A stretch of 29,193 nt of DNA. It comes from a virus. Its lineage: Duplodnaviria; Caudoviricetes. Below, piece by piece: positions 16,589 to 25,078 of the stretch (position 1 is the first letter of the stretch; every line of letters begins with the position of its first letter). The stretch lies in the IMG/VR virus record IMGVR_UViG_3300032040_000218, positions 1 to 29,193 of that record. One strand, 5' to 3'. A program made the position numbers and the translations under genes. The notes beneath the pieces are model-generated. The model was not told the DNA's origin. It did no database searches and saw only the letters and a list, made by a program, of their open reading frames with translations.

Positions 16589-18846
16589 GTGATCAACCGC
16601 CTTTGCTTGCCGATATTGAAGGAGTTGATCGCCCGGCCTTCAAACTGCGCGTCTATCTTGCGCACTGCCTGCTCAAGGCGCTGCACCACGCCAACGTCAG
16701 TGCCGCGCGCGTCGATGTTGTAAACGGGTGCATATGTGCCGCCGCCGCCGCCGTCTGCCATGCGCTTGCTGATGTCATGCGGGATGATCTGCGTTCCGCG
16801 CGGCAGGTTCATGATTTCGCCGCCGCGTTCGTGGATCTGGGTCAGACCACCGCGCCAGTTGTTCGTGCCATTTGCGTTCGCCCCGATGCTGCCAAGCATA
16901 CTGTCCACGATCTTGCCCAGCCATCCACCACCACCGCCGCCTTTTCCGCCACCCAAGCTGCCCCAGAGCGCATCGAAAGCGCGGCTAGCCAGCATGTCAG
17001 CGAACTTGCCAAGCAGGTCACCAATCGCGGACTTGAGAGTTTTAGCGCCCGTCACCAATCCGACGAAGGCAGACTTCATCGAATCCCGGACTTCGCCAAA
17101 GGTTTCCTTCAGCCGCTCAGACCTTGATTTAAGCCCATCTATTGCAAGCGTCAGTTGCTCCACCTCGGCGCGCTGCCCGGCAGTGGCATTCGCTCCCAGA
17201 GACTGAATCGCATTATAGACGCTCTGCTGCTGCTCGGTCATTCCGATGGTGGCTTGCAGATCAGCGTATTCAGTCTTTAGCGCCTTGATTGCCGCTGCTG
17301 TTTTATCGGCTTCCTTCTTGGCCTCGGACTCGCCGCCACCGCCTTTTTTGCCCCCACCGCCGCCGCCACCGCCTGCGTCATCGCCTAAGTCATCAAGACC
17401 CTTCTTGCCCTTCAGCAGGGCTTCCATCATGCGGTCGGTATCAACCATTGGTTTCATAGATGCTGCAACAGCATCAGCCACGCCTTTGCCCGCGTCTATG
17501 ACGCGCTGTCTGCCTTTGTTTATGCTGTCAACTGCCTGCCCGAACAGGGCATCAGCGGAACTTTGGATTGCGCCGCCGACATTGGACTCCCCCAATGTGC
17601 CAAGGCCAAGCGTCCCCCCAACACCGCTCTCCGCCAGCATATTCCATGCGCCAGCCATGCCGTTTATCAGCGCGTCAAATGACTTCCCGATAAGAGCAAA
17701 GGCCGCGACGAAAGACCCAACTATCGACGAGGCCACCCCCGCCAGAATATCCATCAACCCCAAAGCGGTATTACCGACGCCCAAGAAGGTTGCCTTGCCC
17801 ACGTTGTAAAGGCGGACAAACCCGTCACCAACGCCGTCAGCCGCTTTGATAACCTTGCCGAGCCACAGCACCAATTCCGCCGCGCCAATTACCAGCAACC
17901 CGATACCAGAGCGCACCAGCGCAACCCTCAAAGCCACCAGTGCGCCCGTAAGCACCGCAGTTGCACTGGTCGCCGCCACCATAGCCGCAACGTAGCGCAC
18001 GCCGAATCCAGTAACCGCAACGGCGACTGATGCAGTGATCGTGTCAATATTCCCGATCAGAAAATCAATCACCTCGCGCAGCGCCCTGCCCTCGCGCATT
18101 GCATCCGCAAAGGCTGTGGCAATAACTGTGAGCGCGGGCGCAAGCTCGCCGCTGATGCGGTAGCCGACGCCACTGATCGCCATGCCTGCGTCTGCCATAG
18201 CCAGCTTGAGGCCGATTGTAGCGGCCATAGTCTTGTCAGACATCACGCCGCCGAGGCTTTTCGCGTTATCCCCCAACCGGTCCATCTCTTTGCCGCCATT
18301 GCGCAGCAGCGGTATGAGCGCTGTTGCATCCGACGCCATCGCCTCAAGATAGAACGTCATTTCTTGCTGGCTCAGACCGGCCTTTTCCAGAGACGACACA
18401 TAAAGCTGCAGTGATTGCGGCCCCGACAGGTTCTTGAACGCATCCGCCGTGATCCCGATCTTTGGCGCGACATTCTCAAAGAAATCAGCCATCGGCCCGC
18501 CGCCCGTGGTAACAAAGTCGCCCACGCGATCATTTACATCCTTGAGGATATCAGACAGCTTTTCCTGCTCGATGCCGACAGTTGCAGCCCCAGCCGCCCA
18601 CCGCTGCAATTCTTCGGGCGCCGCATTGGCGACAGACGCCATTGTTTTTATCTCAGCCGCAAATCTCGATGTAGAGATTGTCAAAGCGGACAGGCCGCCC
18701 GCCAAAGCCGCCGCCGCACCAGCAACCGCAACAAACTGCGTGCGCGCAACCTTGAGCCGCTTCTGTGCGTCAGTCATGCCCTTGCTGAACTTGGCGCTGT
18801 CAAGACCAAGGTTGACGCGCAGCGCGCCGATGACGGATGATGCCAT
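16585..18846 (-). CDS. Tail tape measure protein
   Basis: 753 aa, Ala/Gly-rich and helical. IGALRVNLGLDSAKF start, a hydrophobic middle, and C-terminal ANGT..GG...HERGGEIMNLPRG. Confidence 0.93.
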   Translation of the reverse strand: MASSVIGALRVNLGLDSAKFSKGMTDAQKRLKVARTQFVAVAGAAAALAGGLSALTISTSRFAAEIKTMASVANAAPEELQRWAAGAATVGIEQEKLSDILKDVNDRVGDFVTTGGGPMADFFENVAPKIGITADAFKNLSGPQSLQLYVSSLEKAGLSQQEMTFYLEAMASDATALIPLLRNGGKEMDRLGDNAKSLGGVMSDKTMAATIGLKLAMADAGMAISGVGYRISGELAPALTVIATAFADAMREGRALREVIDFLIGNIDTITASVAVAVTGFGVRYVAAMVAATSATAVLTGALVALRVALVRSGIGLLVIGAAELVLWLGKVIKAADGVGDGFVRLYNVGKATFLGVGNTALGLMDILAGVASSIVGSFVAAFALIGKSFDALINGMAGAWNMLAESGVGGTLGLGTLGESNVGGAIQSSADALFGQAVDSINKGRQRVIDAGKGVADAVAASMKPMVDTDRMMEALLKGKKGLDDLGDDAGGGGGGGGKKGGGGESEAKKEADKTAAAIKALKTEYADLQATIGMTEQQQSVYNAIQSLGANATAGQRAEVEQLTLAIDGLKSRSERLKETFGEVRDSMKSAFVGLVTGAKTLKSAIGDLLGKFADMLASRAFDALWGSLGGGKGGGGGGWLGKIVDSMLGSIGANANGTNNWRGGLTQIHERGGEIMNLPRGTQIIPHDISKRMADGGGGGTYAPVYNIDARGTDVGVVQRLEQAVRKIDAQFEGRAINSFNIGKQRRLIT

Positions 18847-18874
18847 TTTACAACCTCAAGATATTGGATTTTAG

Positions 18875-19333
18875 ATGATACGTTTGACTATTGCCGCCGC
18901 CCTGATCGTTGCACCGCCTGCGCTTGCGGATGTGGCGGCCATTTCAGGGTGCGAGGTTTCCAAAAGAGAGACAGTGCAGCCCGTCATCCACTGCGACATC
19001 AAAAACCATTCACAGCGCGCGATTGCATCGGTGACATTCAGGGCAATCGTGAAGAGCCCTGAACGCGAAGTGCCTTGGGATGAGATTGGCGACGGCTGGC
19101 ATAAGCACCATGCTTCAATACCCGGCGGCATCGAACCCGGCGAAGCCGCAAACGTTTTTATGGCGGTGGCTAGACTGGATACGCGCTCCGATGGATTGCC
19201 GTTAGAGGTGATGTTCCTCGAAGCTCAATTCATTGACGTGAATGGCGAGAGAATTGGCGAAGTCGTTGGCGTTGAAGAACCTCACCCCATGGACACCATC
19301 AGCAACGCGCTGGAAGGGGCCCTGAATCCCTAA
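18875..19333 (+). CDS. Antisense accessory (moron-like) exported protein, FxLYD/Ig-like
   Basis: 152 aa. Signal peptide MIRLTIAAALIVAPPALA, then IKNHSQRAI...GGIEPGE. It fills the gap between the tail chaperone and tape measure genes on the opposite strand. Confidence 0.75.
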   Translation: MIRLTIAAALIVAPPALADVAAISGCEVSKRETVQPVIHCDIKNHSQRAIASVTFRAIVKSPEREVPWDEIGDGWHKHHASIPGGIEPGEAANVFMAVARLDTRSDGLPLEVMFLEAQFIDVNGERIGEVVGVEEPHPMDTISNALEGALNP

Positions 19334-19641
19334 CGCACCCGCGCCAACGCCCGATCGATCTTATCCCACGCGCTGATGCACTTGAGAATTTCGGCCCGCT
19401 TGTCTTTCTCGCCCGTCACGAATTCCTGAAACTGGATTGGCTTGTCCATATGTGGCAGCATTGCTGTCATCCATATTTCAGCACGTCGGTTTTCGGATCG
19501 CATCGCCGCGCCTTCCATTTCCGTCATGAACAGCCGTGGCGTAATGTCCCAGAACCGCGCCGGATCGAAACCCGCCGCGATGTAGTTCTTCAAAAGGTCA
19601 GGTAAATCTAGGCCGCTGCCTTCGGCCTCTTCGCGTTTCCC
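19330..19641 (-). CDS. Tail assembly chaperone C-terminal extension (gpT-like), reached by -1 frameshift
   Basis: The -1 frame is open from GGGAAAC through REEAEGSGLDLPDLLKNYIAAGFDPARFWDITPR. The FW..TPR motif is typical of gpT-like extensions. Confidence 0.85.
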   Translation of the reverse strand, partial: GKREEAEGSGLDLPDLLKNYIAAGFDPARFWDITPRLFMTEMEGAAMRSENRRAEIWMTAMLPHMDKPIQFQEFVTGEKDKRAEILKCISAWDKIDRALARVR

Positions 19642-19964
19642 GCAGGTTTGCCCTTCGGGGTATCGGGGAAGCTGGCGCCCATCAATTGCGGCAAGGCGTC
19701 GGCATTCTCGGCGATGATGTCATCGACAATCCAGCGGTCAGCCTCTTCGCCGTGATACCGCCCAAGCGCGCCCATAAACAGGTCAGTGACGATAGCCAAA
19801 TCTGGCATCCACGACTTGCCCGTGCCTGCTGGTTCGTCCAGCTTTTCCAGGACGTCCTGCCCATGCTTCGCTTGCAGATCCGCCAGCACGCTCATCCCGA
19901 CGAACAGCGTGTATTCCTTGCCGCCTGCCGTGACCTTCATACTGCCCTTCACGTGCGCCGTCAT
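19608..19964 (-). CDS. Tail assembly chaperone (gpG-like)
   Basis: 118 aa between the tail tube and tape measure genes; carries the slippery site near its end. Confidence 0.85.
   Translation of the reverse strand: MTAHVKGSMKVTAGGKEYTLFVGMSVLADLQAKHGQDVLEKLDEPAGTGKSWMPDLAIVTDLFMGALGRYHGEEADRWIVDDIIAENADALPQLMGASFPDTPKGKPAGNAKRPKAAA
19635..19641 (-). promoter_or_regulatory. Programmed -1 frameshift slippery site G GGA AAC
   Basis: X XXY YYZ in the correct phase (GCG GGA AAC), followed after 6 nt by an AGGCCG/CGGCCT stem. Confidence 0.85.
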
Positions 19965-20431
19965 GCGATCACCCGCTCATCGGTGGCCTGCCTGTCGAAG
20001 ATTTTCACGGCCAAGCTCGCCATTGCCTTGTCACCAACGTTGCCAGTCGGCGTGAAGCTGTTGATGTAGCCGCGATAGGTGCGCCGCGCGCTTGTGCCCG
20101 CCAGGCCCATGTTGAACTCGATCAGCACATCCTCTGCGGTGCCAGCCGCCGTCAACGCCGCCAGTTCCTCAAGGATCACGTCGCCCGGATCGCTGGGCCA
20201 GTACTGCTTTTCCTGCGACCAGTCGGCCACCGGCATCAAGCCCGGCACTGTCTCGCGCGTGCGCCCCGGTGATTGCATGTGCGTCACGTCGATATCTTCC
20301 GGCACCTGCTCAGGAAACGGAAGGCTCTCAAAGCCGTAAATCTGCGTGAAGGTTGTGACTGCGGCAACGGTGCGCCCGATCCACAACTCCCAATCATAGG
20401 CGATGTCGCCTTTAAACGCTGTCTGTGCCAT
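19961..20431 (-). CDS. Major tail tube protein
   Basis: 156 aa. EDIDVTHMQSPGRTRETVPGL motif; position after the tail terminator. Confidence 0.88.
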   Translation of the reverse strand: MAQTAFKGDIAYDWELWIGRTVAAVTTFTQIYGFESLPFPEQVPEDIDVTHMQSPGRTRETVPGLMPVADWSQEKQYWPSDPGDVILEELAALTAAGTAEDVLIEFNMGLAGTSARRTYRGYINSFTPTGNVGDKAMASLAVKIFDRQATDERVIA

Positions 20432-20817
20432 TATTCAGCTCTCCATGCTGTTGTGAAATCCATGCCGACGCGGAAGGGGCGTTCGACCTCGTTTGATCCG
20501 CCCTCGCGGCTGTCTCTGGTCGATACGTGAGTGATCAACAGAAACCCGCCACCGCGATAGCAGTGCAGAAGCGCCCTTACAGCGCGTGAGGCCGCTTTCG
20601 CAGCCCCATAGGTCAAGCCGTAGCAGTCCACCTGCACACGGCCCTGAAACAGCCCGTTGGGGCCGTTCATGTGGTAATCCTCAGCATCGCTGATCACGTT
20701 CAGCACGAGTGCCGGGTATGGCTGGCCCTGCGGGTGCGTGCCGAAGTTGACGCGCGTACCGACAAGCGCCGTCACCCCGCTGGATGCCAGCAGGATGGAC
20801 CGAAATTCTTGCTCCAT
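20431..20817 (-). CDS. Tail terminator / completion protein (DUF3168-like)
   Basis: 128 aa. LVGTRV, PQGQPYP and RVQVDCYG motifs. Confidence 0.85.
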   Translation of the reverse strand: MEQEFRSILLASSGVTALVGTRVNFGTHPQGQPYPALVLNVISDAEDYHMNGPNGLFQGRVQVDCYGLTYGAAKAASRAVRALLHCYRGGGFLLITHVSTRDSREGGSNEVERPFRVGMDFTTAWRAE

Positions 20818-20820
20818 TGG

Positions 20821-21327
20821 TTAGCCTTTCGCCGCCTTGGCCTCAGCGCGCTTGACGCTCTTTTCAAACTCGGCCCACATTTCCTTGCCCAGCCGGTCCA
20901 GCATCTTCTGCCCGTCCTGATCGAACGCTGGCCGCATAAATGGCTGCGGCGCAGTGCCGGGATGCTGCGTGCCTGCGAATTTACCCTTGTTGATGTGCGG
21001 TGCGGTGCCGAACTCGACCAAGTGCCCGTGCCGCCCGCCCGCGCCGAGGTTGTAGGACGGGCCGAGGAACATCTCGACGGATGCCTTGTCGTTGCGAAAC
21101 ATCTTCCGATGCTGCCCGGCCTGTCGCTTTGCCAGCTTGACGCTCACGGTGATTGATTTCTTCAGGTCTCCATCGTCCTCCGGCACCATGCTGCGCGCTA
21201 ATTCTGCCATTGGCTCAGCCGCCTTTTTCAGCGCCCGCCGCAGCACGCCCTTGCCTGCCGACTTTGATAGCCGGTCAAGCTCCTGCTCAAGCTCCTTGAA
21301 GCCTTGAAGTTCAACGGTGACGCTCAT
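20821..21327 (-). CDS. HK97 gp10-like tail completion protein
   Basis: GDLKKSI, HLVEFGT and PQPFMRPAFD motifs. Confidence 0.9.
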   Translation of the reverse strand: MSVTVELQGFKELEQELDRLSKSAGKGVLRRALKKAAEPMAELARSMVPEDDGDLKKSITVSVKLAKRQAGQHRKMFRNDKASVEMFLGPSYNLGAGGRHGHLVEFGTAPHINKGKFAGTQHPGTAPQPFMRPAFDQDGQKMLDRLGKEMWAEFEKSVKRAEAKAAKG

Positions 21328-21572
21328 GCCGGGACCATATCCATGATGCGCTGCAATTCAGGACATGGTGCGCAGCGGACGGAAATCACGCCATTCGCAT
21401 AGTCGGAAACCACGGGGAGGTGCTTTTCGGTGTCGACCTCGCCAAACGCAGCCATGGCGAGCTTGGCCGGATCATCATCCGGCGCTGCTTCGAAATGCGC
21501 CCGCATCCGATCGAATGCCCGCGTGATATCGTCAAGGTCCATGGTCATCTTCAGCTTCAATGCTTGTGCCAT
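21324..21572 (-). CDS. Small hypothetical protein inserted in the neck module
   Basis: 82 aa with RBS AGGGGAG and an ATGA overlap with the gp10-like gene. Confidence 0.65.
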   Translation of the reverse strand: MAQALKLKMTMDLDDITRAFDRMRAHFEAAPDDDPAKLAMAAFGEVDTEKHLPVVSDYANGVISVRCAPCPELQRIMDMVPA

Positions 21573-21574
21573 GT

Positions 21575-21934
21575 CTAACTCCCTCTATCTGTGCGCGCTG
21601 CCGCCGTGATTTCCAGCCACTGCCGCCGCCCCTTGCCTTCCTTGATGCCGGTGATGTTGTATTCCAGCCCCTCGCAGACCAGCCTGTCTTTCGGCGTCAG
21701 ATCGCGCGAAAATGCGGACCAGCGCACCACGAACCGCGTGGTGATCGAGGCGGCAACCTCGCCAGCACGCCAGCGCTCGGCATCGCTCACGTCCGCCTTG
21801 CTGGCCCAGATCGGCGACCCGTGATTGTCGTTCTCTGGCGTAACCTCGTCCCACCTCAACGCCGTGGTATAGTCGTCATCCACCAGTTCCGCGCGGCGGA
21901 ACTGAACCAAGCGGTCCAGATTGCCAGCTTTCAT
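21575..21934 (-). CDS. Head closure / head-tail adaptor (SPP1 gp16-like)
   Basis: MKAGNLDRLVQF, IWAS, TRFVVRW and YNITGI motifs. Confidence 0.88.
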   Translation of the reverse strand: MKAGNLDRLVQFRRAELVDDDYTTALRWDEVTPENDNHGSPIWASKADVSDAERWRAGEVAASITTRFVVRWSAFSRDLTPKDRLVCEGLEYNITGIKEGKGRRQWLEITAAARTDRGS

Positions 21935-22461
21935 CAGACGCCCACCCGGCGATAGGGCGCAATCAGCATGTCAACTGCCATCGGAACCGCAGTCAACTTA
22001 TCGCCCACAGCCTCCCGGTTTTCATACCAATGCCCAACAAGCAGCTTCACGACCATCTTGATCGGATCGGGGCAGCCTTCGCCCGCGATATAACGGATCT
22101 GCACCGCCGAACCTTGCGGCCAAGTGCCGGTCAGAACATCGCCCAGGATGCCATAATCGGCAGGTGGAACAGTCTGTTCGGTGCCAACCCGATTTGTGTA
22201 TTTGATCGAGGTGATCGACGCGACCGGCCCCAGCGGCAGCTTGATGCAACCGCGCGGGAAAGCCCCAAGCGTCCACTCCCAAGTCTGCGCAATCAGCGCC
22301 ATACCGAGAACCCCCACGCGGCCATCCAGCCAACCGGTCGCAGCGTCAATGAGCGACGCAATCAGCTCGTCCTCGTCGCTGTGCGAAACCCGCAAGTGTG
22401 CTTTGGCCTCGGCCACTGTGATCGGCCCGGTCGACGGCTTGGTGATCAGTATTAGGGTCAT
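21934..22461 (-). CDS. Head-tail connector (HK97 gp6-like)
   Basis: EAKAHLRVSHSDEDELIASLI, LLVGHWYENRE and LIAPYR motifs. Confidence 0.92.
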   Translation of the reverse strand: MTLILITKPSTGPITVAEAKAHLRVSHSDEDELIASLIDAATGWLDGRVGVLGMALIAQTWEWTLGAFPRGCIKLPLGPVASITSIKYTNRVGTEQTVPPADYGILGDVLTGTWPQGSAVQIRYIAGEGCPDPIKMVVKLLVGHWYENREAVGDKLTAVPMAVDMLIAPYRRVGV

Positions 22462-22481
22462 GTCACACCTCGCAATGACAA

Positions 22482-22505
22482 GCCGGGGCAGTCACCCACC
22501 CCAGC
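22482..22505 (-). other. GNRA-capped hairpin after the decoration gene
   Basis: GCTGGGGTGG-GTGA-CTGCCCCGGC; no U-tract. Confidence 0.65.
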
Positions 22506-22512
22506 CAGTTGT

Positions 22513-22899
22513 TTAGGCCACAGGAGCGTTCGAAGGATGGCCCATTGCGACCACGATACCAGCAGCAATCGACGTGCCGCTGTTCTTGGTCGTGACGGTG
22601 CGGATGTAGCGCTTGGTGCCGTTGTATCCGACCTTGTAGATGCTGTCGGCCTCCAGGGATGCCGGGAAATTGCCGTTCAGATCACGTGCCGCCACATCGG
22701 TAAAGTCGCCGCTTGTGGTGGTGTCGCTTTCCTGCATTTTCGTGGTGTAATCGCCGGAACCGACAACCGCGCCAGTGTTGATTACAACCATCGCAGCATT
22801 GAAACCCTGCAAATCAATCGCGACGGCGGTCGCAGTTGCCGCAAGAACAGCGGGGGCCAGCGCTTGCACCAGCCCAATTTTGGAAACGAGGTCTTTCAT
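22513..22899 (-). CDS. Putative capsid decoration/cement protein
   Basis: 128 aa, beta-rich (IDLQGF, QESD, GYNGTKRYIR), directly after the major capsid gene. Confidence 0.7.
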   Translation of the reverse strand: MKDLVSKIGLVQALAPAVLAATATAVAIDLQGFNAAMVVINTGAVVGSGDYTTKMQESDTTTSGDFTDVAARDLNGNFPASLEADSIYKVGYNGTKRYIRTVTTKNSGTSIAAGIVVAMGHPSNAPVA

Positions 22900-22930
22900 G
22901 GGACCATATCCTTGTTCATGTGTGGAAGGT

Positions 22931-22954
22931 GTCGGGCAGGTTTCCCCACCCGAC
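22931..22954 (-). other. GNRA-capped hairpin after the major capsid gene
   Basis: GTCGGGTGGG-GAAA-CCTGCCCGAC; no U-tract. Confidence 0.7.
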
Positions 22955-22960
22955 GGGCTT

Positions 22961-24232
22961 TTAGCCGGCGATTTTCATCAGCTTGATTGCTTCAAAATTC
23001 ACAACGCCGCCGCCAACCCGCTTCGTGGTGTAGAACAACACGTTGGGCTTGCTGGTGAAGGGGTCGCGCAGGACACGAATGCCCATGCGATCGGCGATCA
23101 GATAGCCGCGCTGGAAGTCACCGAAGGCCACCGGCAGGGCGTTAGCCGCAACCGCAGGCATGTTGTCGTCGGTGTAGACCGGCTTGCCCAGAATGGTTGC
23201 CACGCCCGCCGCTTCCGAAGGCGGCGCCCAAATGAACGCGCCGTCAGCGTCTTTGAACTTGCGCACCTTGCCCATGGTCGCGTCGGACATGAGCCATGAC
23301 GCGTTGGTACGGTAGCCTTGTTTCAGGGCGTAGTGCAGATCGATGAACGCATCCGCTGGCGAGGCCGCAGCTGTCGGAGCAAGAAAGCCGTCCGACTTCC
23401 CAGAAGCAATGAACCCCAGCTTGCCCCAAGCGTAGGAGGCGTTCGCGACGGCTTCGTATCCGAGGATGCCGCGCGGTTTGTTTACACCGTTACCGGACAC
23501 GAACGCCGCGCCCTCTTGCTCGGCAAACTCAATCGAAACTTCATCAGCCAGCCATGCTGCAATATCAATCGCAGCGTCGTCCAGCGATTTCTGCGTTGCT
23601 GCAGGGTTGGCGTACAGTTCAGCCGTGTTGATTGCGATTTCGCGCAGCGTTGGCGTGTCGGTTTCGGGGCGCGGTTGCTCTTCCCCAACCCAACCAGACG
23701 ACGCGCCGCCCGTGTTGACCAACTTCTTATAGGTGTCGGTCGAAATGGTGATTTTGCGCGCCAGCGAACGAACGGTCGAAACCGTGCCCAAAACGCGCTC
23801 AATGCCGGATTCCATTTCTTCGGGCACCAGATAGCCGCCGTCAGGATCCGATTGCGTGTTCAGCTTGGCCTTGACTTCCAGATCGGACAGGCCAGCCTCG
23901 ACGCCCTTGCGAAAGAACTTGTTGAACGCTTGCGCATGTTCGGCCTTGGCGGGGTCGGCCTCGCTGCCGCCGCCAATTTTCATGGCTGCAATCTGCTTGT
24001 TCAGACGGTCAAATTCGCTGTTCATCTTGGTGATATCAGCGCTGATCCGATCGACCTTTTCGGTCTGCACAACGTCAGCCATTCCGGCCTTGATCGCGGC
24101 AAGGTCTTTGTCGTGTTCGGATTTGAAGGCTTCAAACGCCGTGTTGATCTGCCCAACCAGGGCGATGGGATCGGTTGCTTCGGCGCGCACGCCAAAGAGC
24201 CCGCGAAAGCGGGTTTGTTTCAGATGAGCCAT
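22961..24232 (-). CDS. Major capsid protein, HK97 family
   Basis: 423 aa. N-terminal coiled-coil delta domain, DGGYLVPEE, WVGE, GNGVNKPRG, FGDF and RVGGGV. Confidence 0.96.
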   Translation of the reverse strand: MAHLKQTRFRGLFGVRAEATDPIALVGQINTAFEAFKSEHDKDLAAIKAGMADVVQTEKVDRISADITKMNSEFDRLNKQIAAMKIGGGSEADPAKAEHAQAFNKFFRKGVEAGLSDLEVKAKLNTQSDPDGGYLVPEEMESGIERVLGTVSTVRSLARKITISTDTYKKLVNTGGASSGWVGEEQPRPETDTPTLREIAINTAELYANPAATQKSLDDAAIDIAAWLADEVSIEFAEQEGAAFVSGNGVNKPRGILGYEAVANASYAWGKLGFIASGKSDGFLAPTAAASPADAFIDLHYALKQGYRTNASWLMSDATMGKVRKFKDADGAFIWAPPSEAAGVATILGKPVYTDDNMPAVAANALPVAFGDFQRGYLIADRMGIRVLRDPFTSKPNVLFYTTKRVGGGVVNFEAIKLMKIAG

Positions 24233-24241
24233 GTTGGCCTC

Positions 24242-25078
24242 CTATGTTCTGAAATTAGTCAGAAGCTGCGAAAGGGCAGCGTTGAGGCCAGCGTGTTGCA
24301 TAGCCGTCGGGTCAGCGTGCTGCGTAACCCCCGTCACTTCATTGAGCATCCGACGTCGCTCGACACGCGACACGCCGGTTTGCGCAAGAAGCGCATCCAG
24401 TTTCTTCCGGGCATTCACATCACCGCACTTTTTCGCGCTGGCTTGTGGCTCCGGAAGGTTGAAAATATCATCCGCGAAACCCTCGGCGACCGCTTCTTTC
24501 GCGGTCAGGAACGTTTCGGCGTCCATCAACTTCTCGATCTTGGCCCGATCAATGCCGGTGCGCGCCTCGAAAATGTCGATCTGCGCATTGTCGATCTTGC
24601 TCAGAATTTCAATTGCTTCTGCCAGATCGTTGCGATTGCCGACCACACCGCCCCAAGCGTTATGGACCATCATCATTGAGCCAAGACCCATGCGAATTTC
24701 GTCGCCAGCCATCGCGATATAAGCGGCCGCGGAAGCCGCGATGCCCATAACCTCGACCGTGACCTTCGCCGGGTGGCGCGCCAACTCATTGTAAATTGCA
24801 AACCCTTCGAACACAGACCCGCCTGGGCTGTTGATCTGCACACGGACGTCCTTCTTGCCAATAGACCGAAGCGCCGCGCTCATCCGCTTTGCCGTGAAGC
24901 CGCCGCCAGTCCAAGGATCTTCGCCGATCATGTCATAGATGGTGATCGTGTCAGCCTCATCAGACGCCGCCGCCGAGATATCAGACCACCGCGCCAGAGC
25001 ATCAGAGGGAACATCCCACGAATAGCCTTGCGGCTCTTTCAGAGCTTTAATCTCAGGTAGTTTAATCAGTGACATCAT
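24242..25078 (-). CDS. Head maturation protease, ClpP-like
   Basis: Start moved to the tandem ATGs at 25078/25075 (RBS AAGGGGG). INSPGGSVFEG, AASAAA, MVHN and ETFLTAKEAV..GFAD. Confidence 0.93.
   Translation of the reverse strand: MMSLIKLPEIKALKEPQGYSWDVPSDALARWSDISAAASDEADTITIYDMIGEDPWTGGGFTAKRMSAALRSIGKKDVRVQINSPGGSVFEGFAIYNELARHPAKVTVEVMGIAASAAAYIAMAGDEIRMGLGSMMMVHNAWGGVVGNRNDLAEAIEILSKIDNAQIDIFEARTGIDRAKIEKLMDAETFLTAKEAVAEGFADDIFNLPEPQASAKKCGDVNARKKLDALLAQTGVSRVERRRMLNEVTGVTQHADPTAMQHAGLNAALSQLLTNFRT

Noticed and set aside
16730-17375. CCG/CCA triplet runs as contingency repeats
   Set aside because: These are imperfect in-frame poly-Gly linkers of the tape measure protein; slippage would not switch frame.
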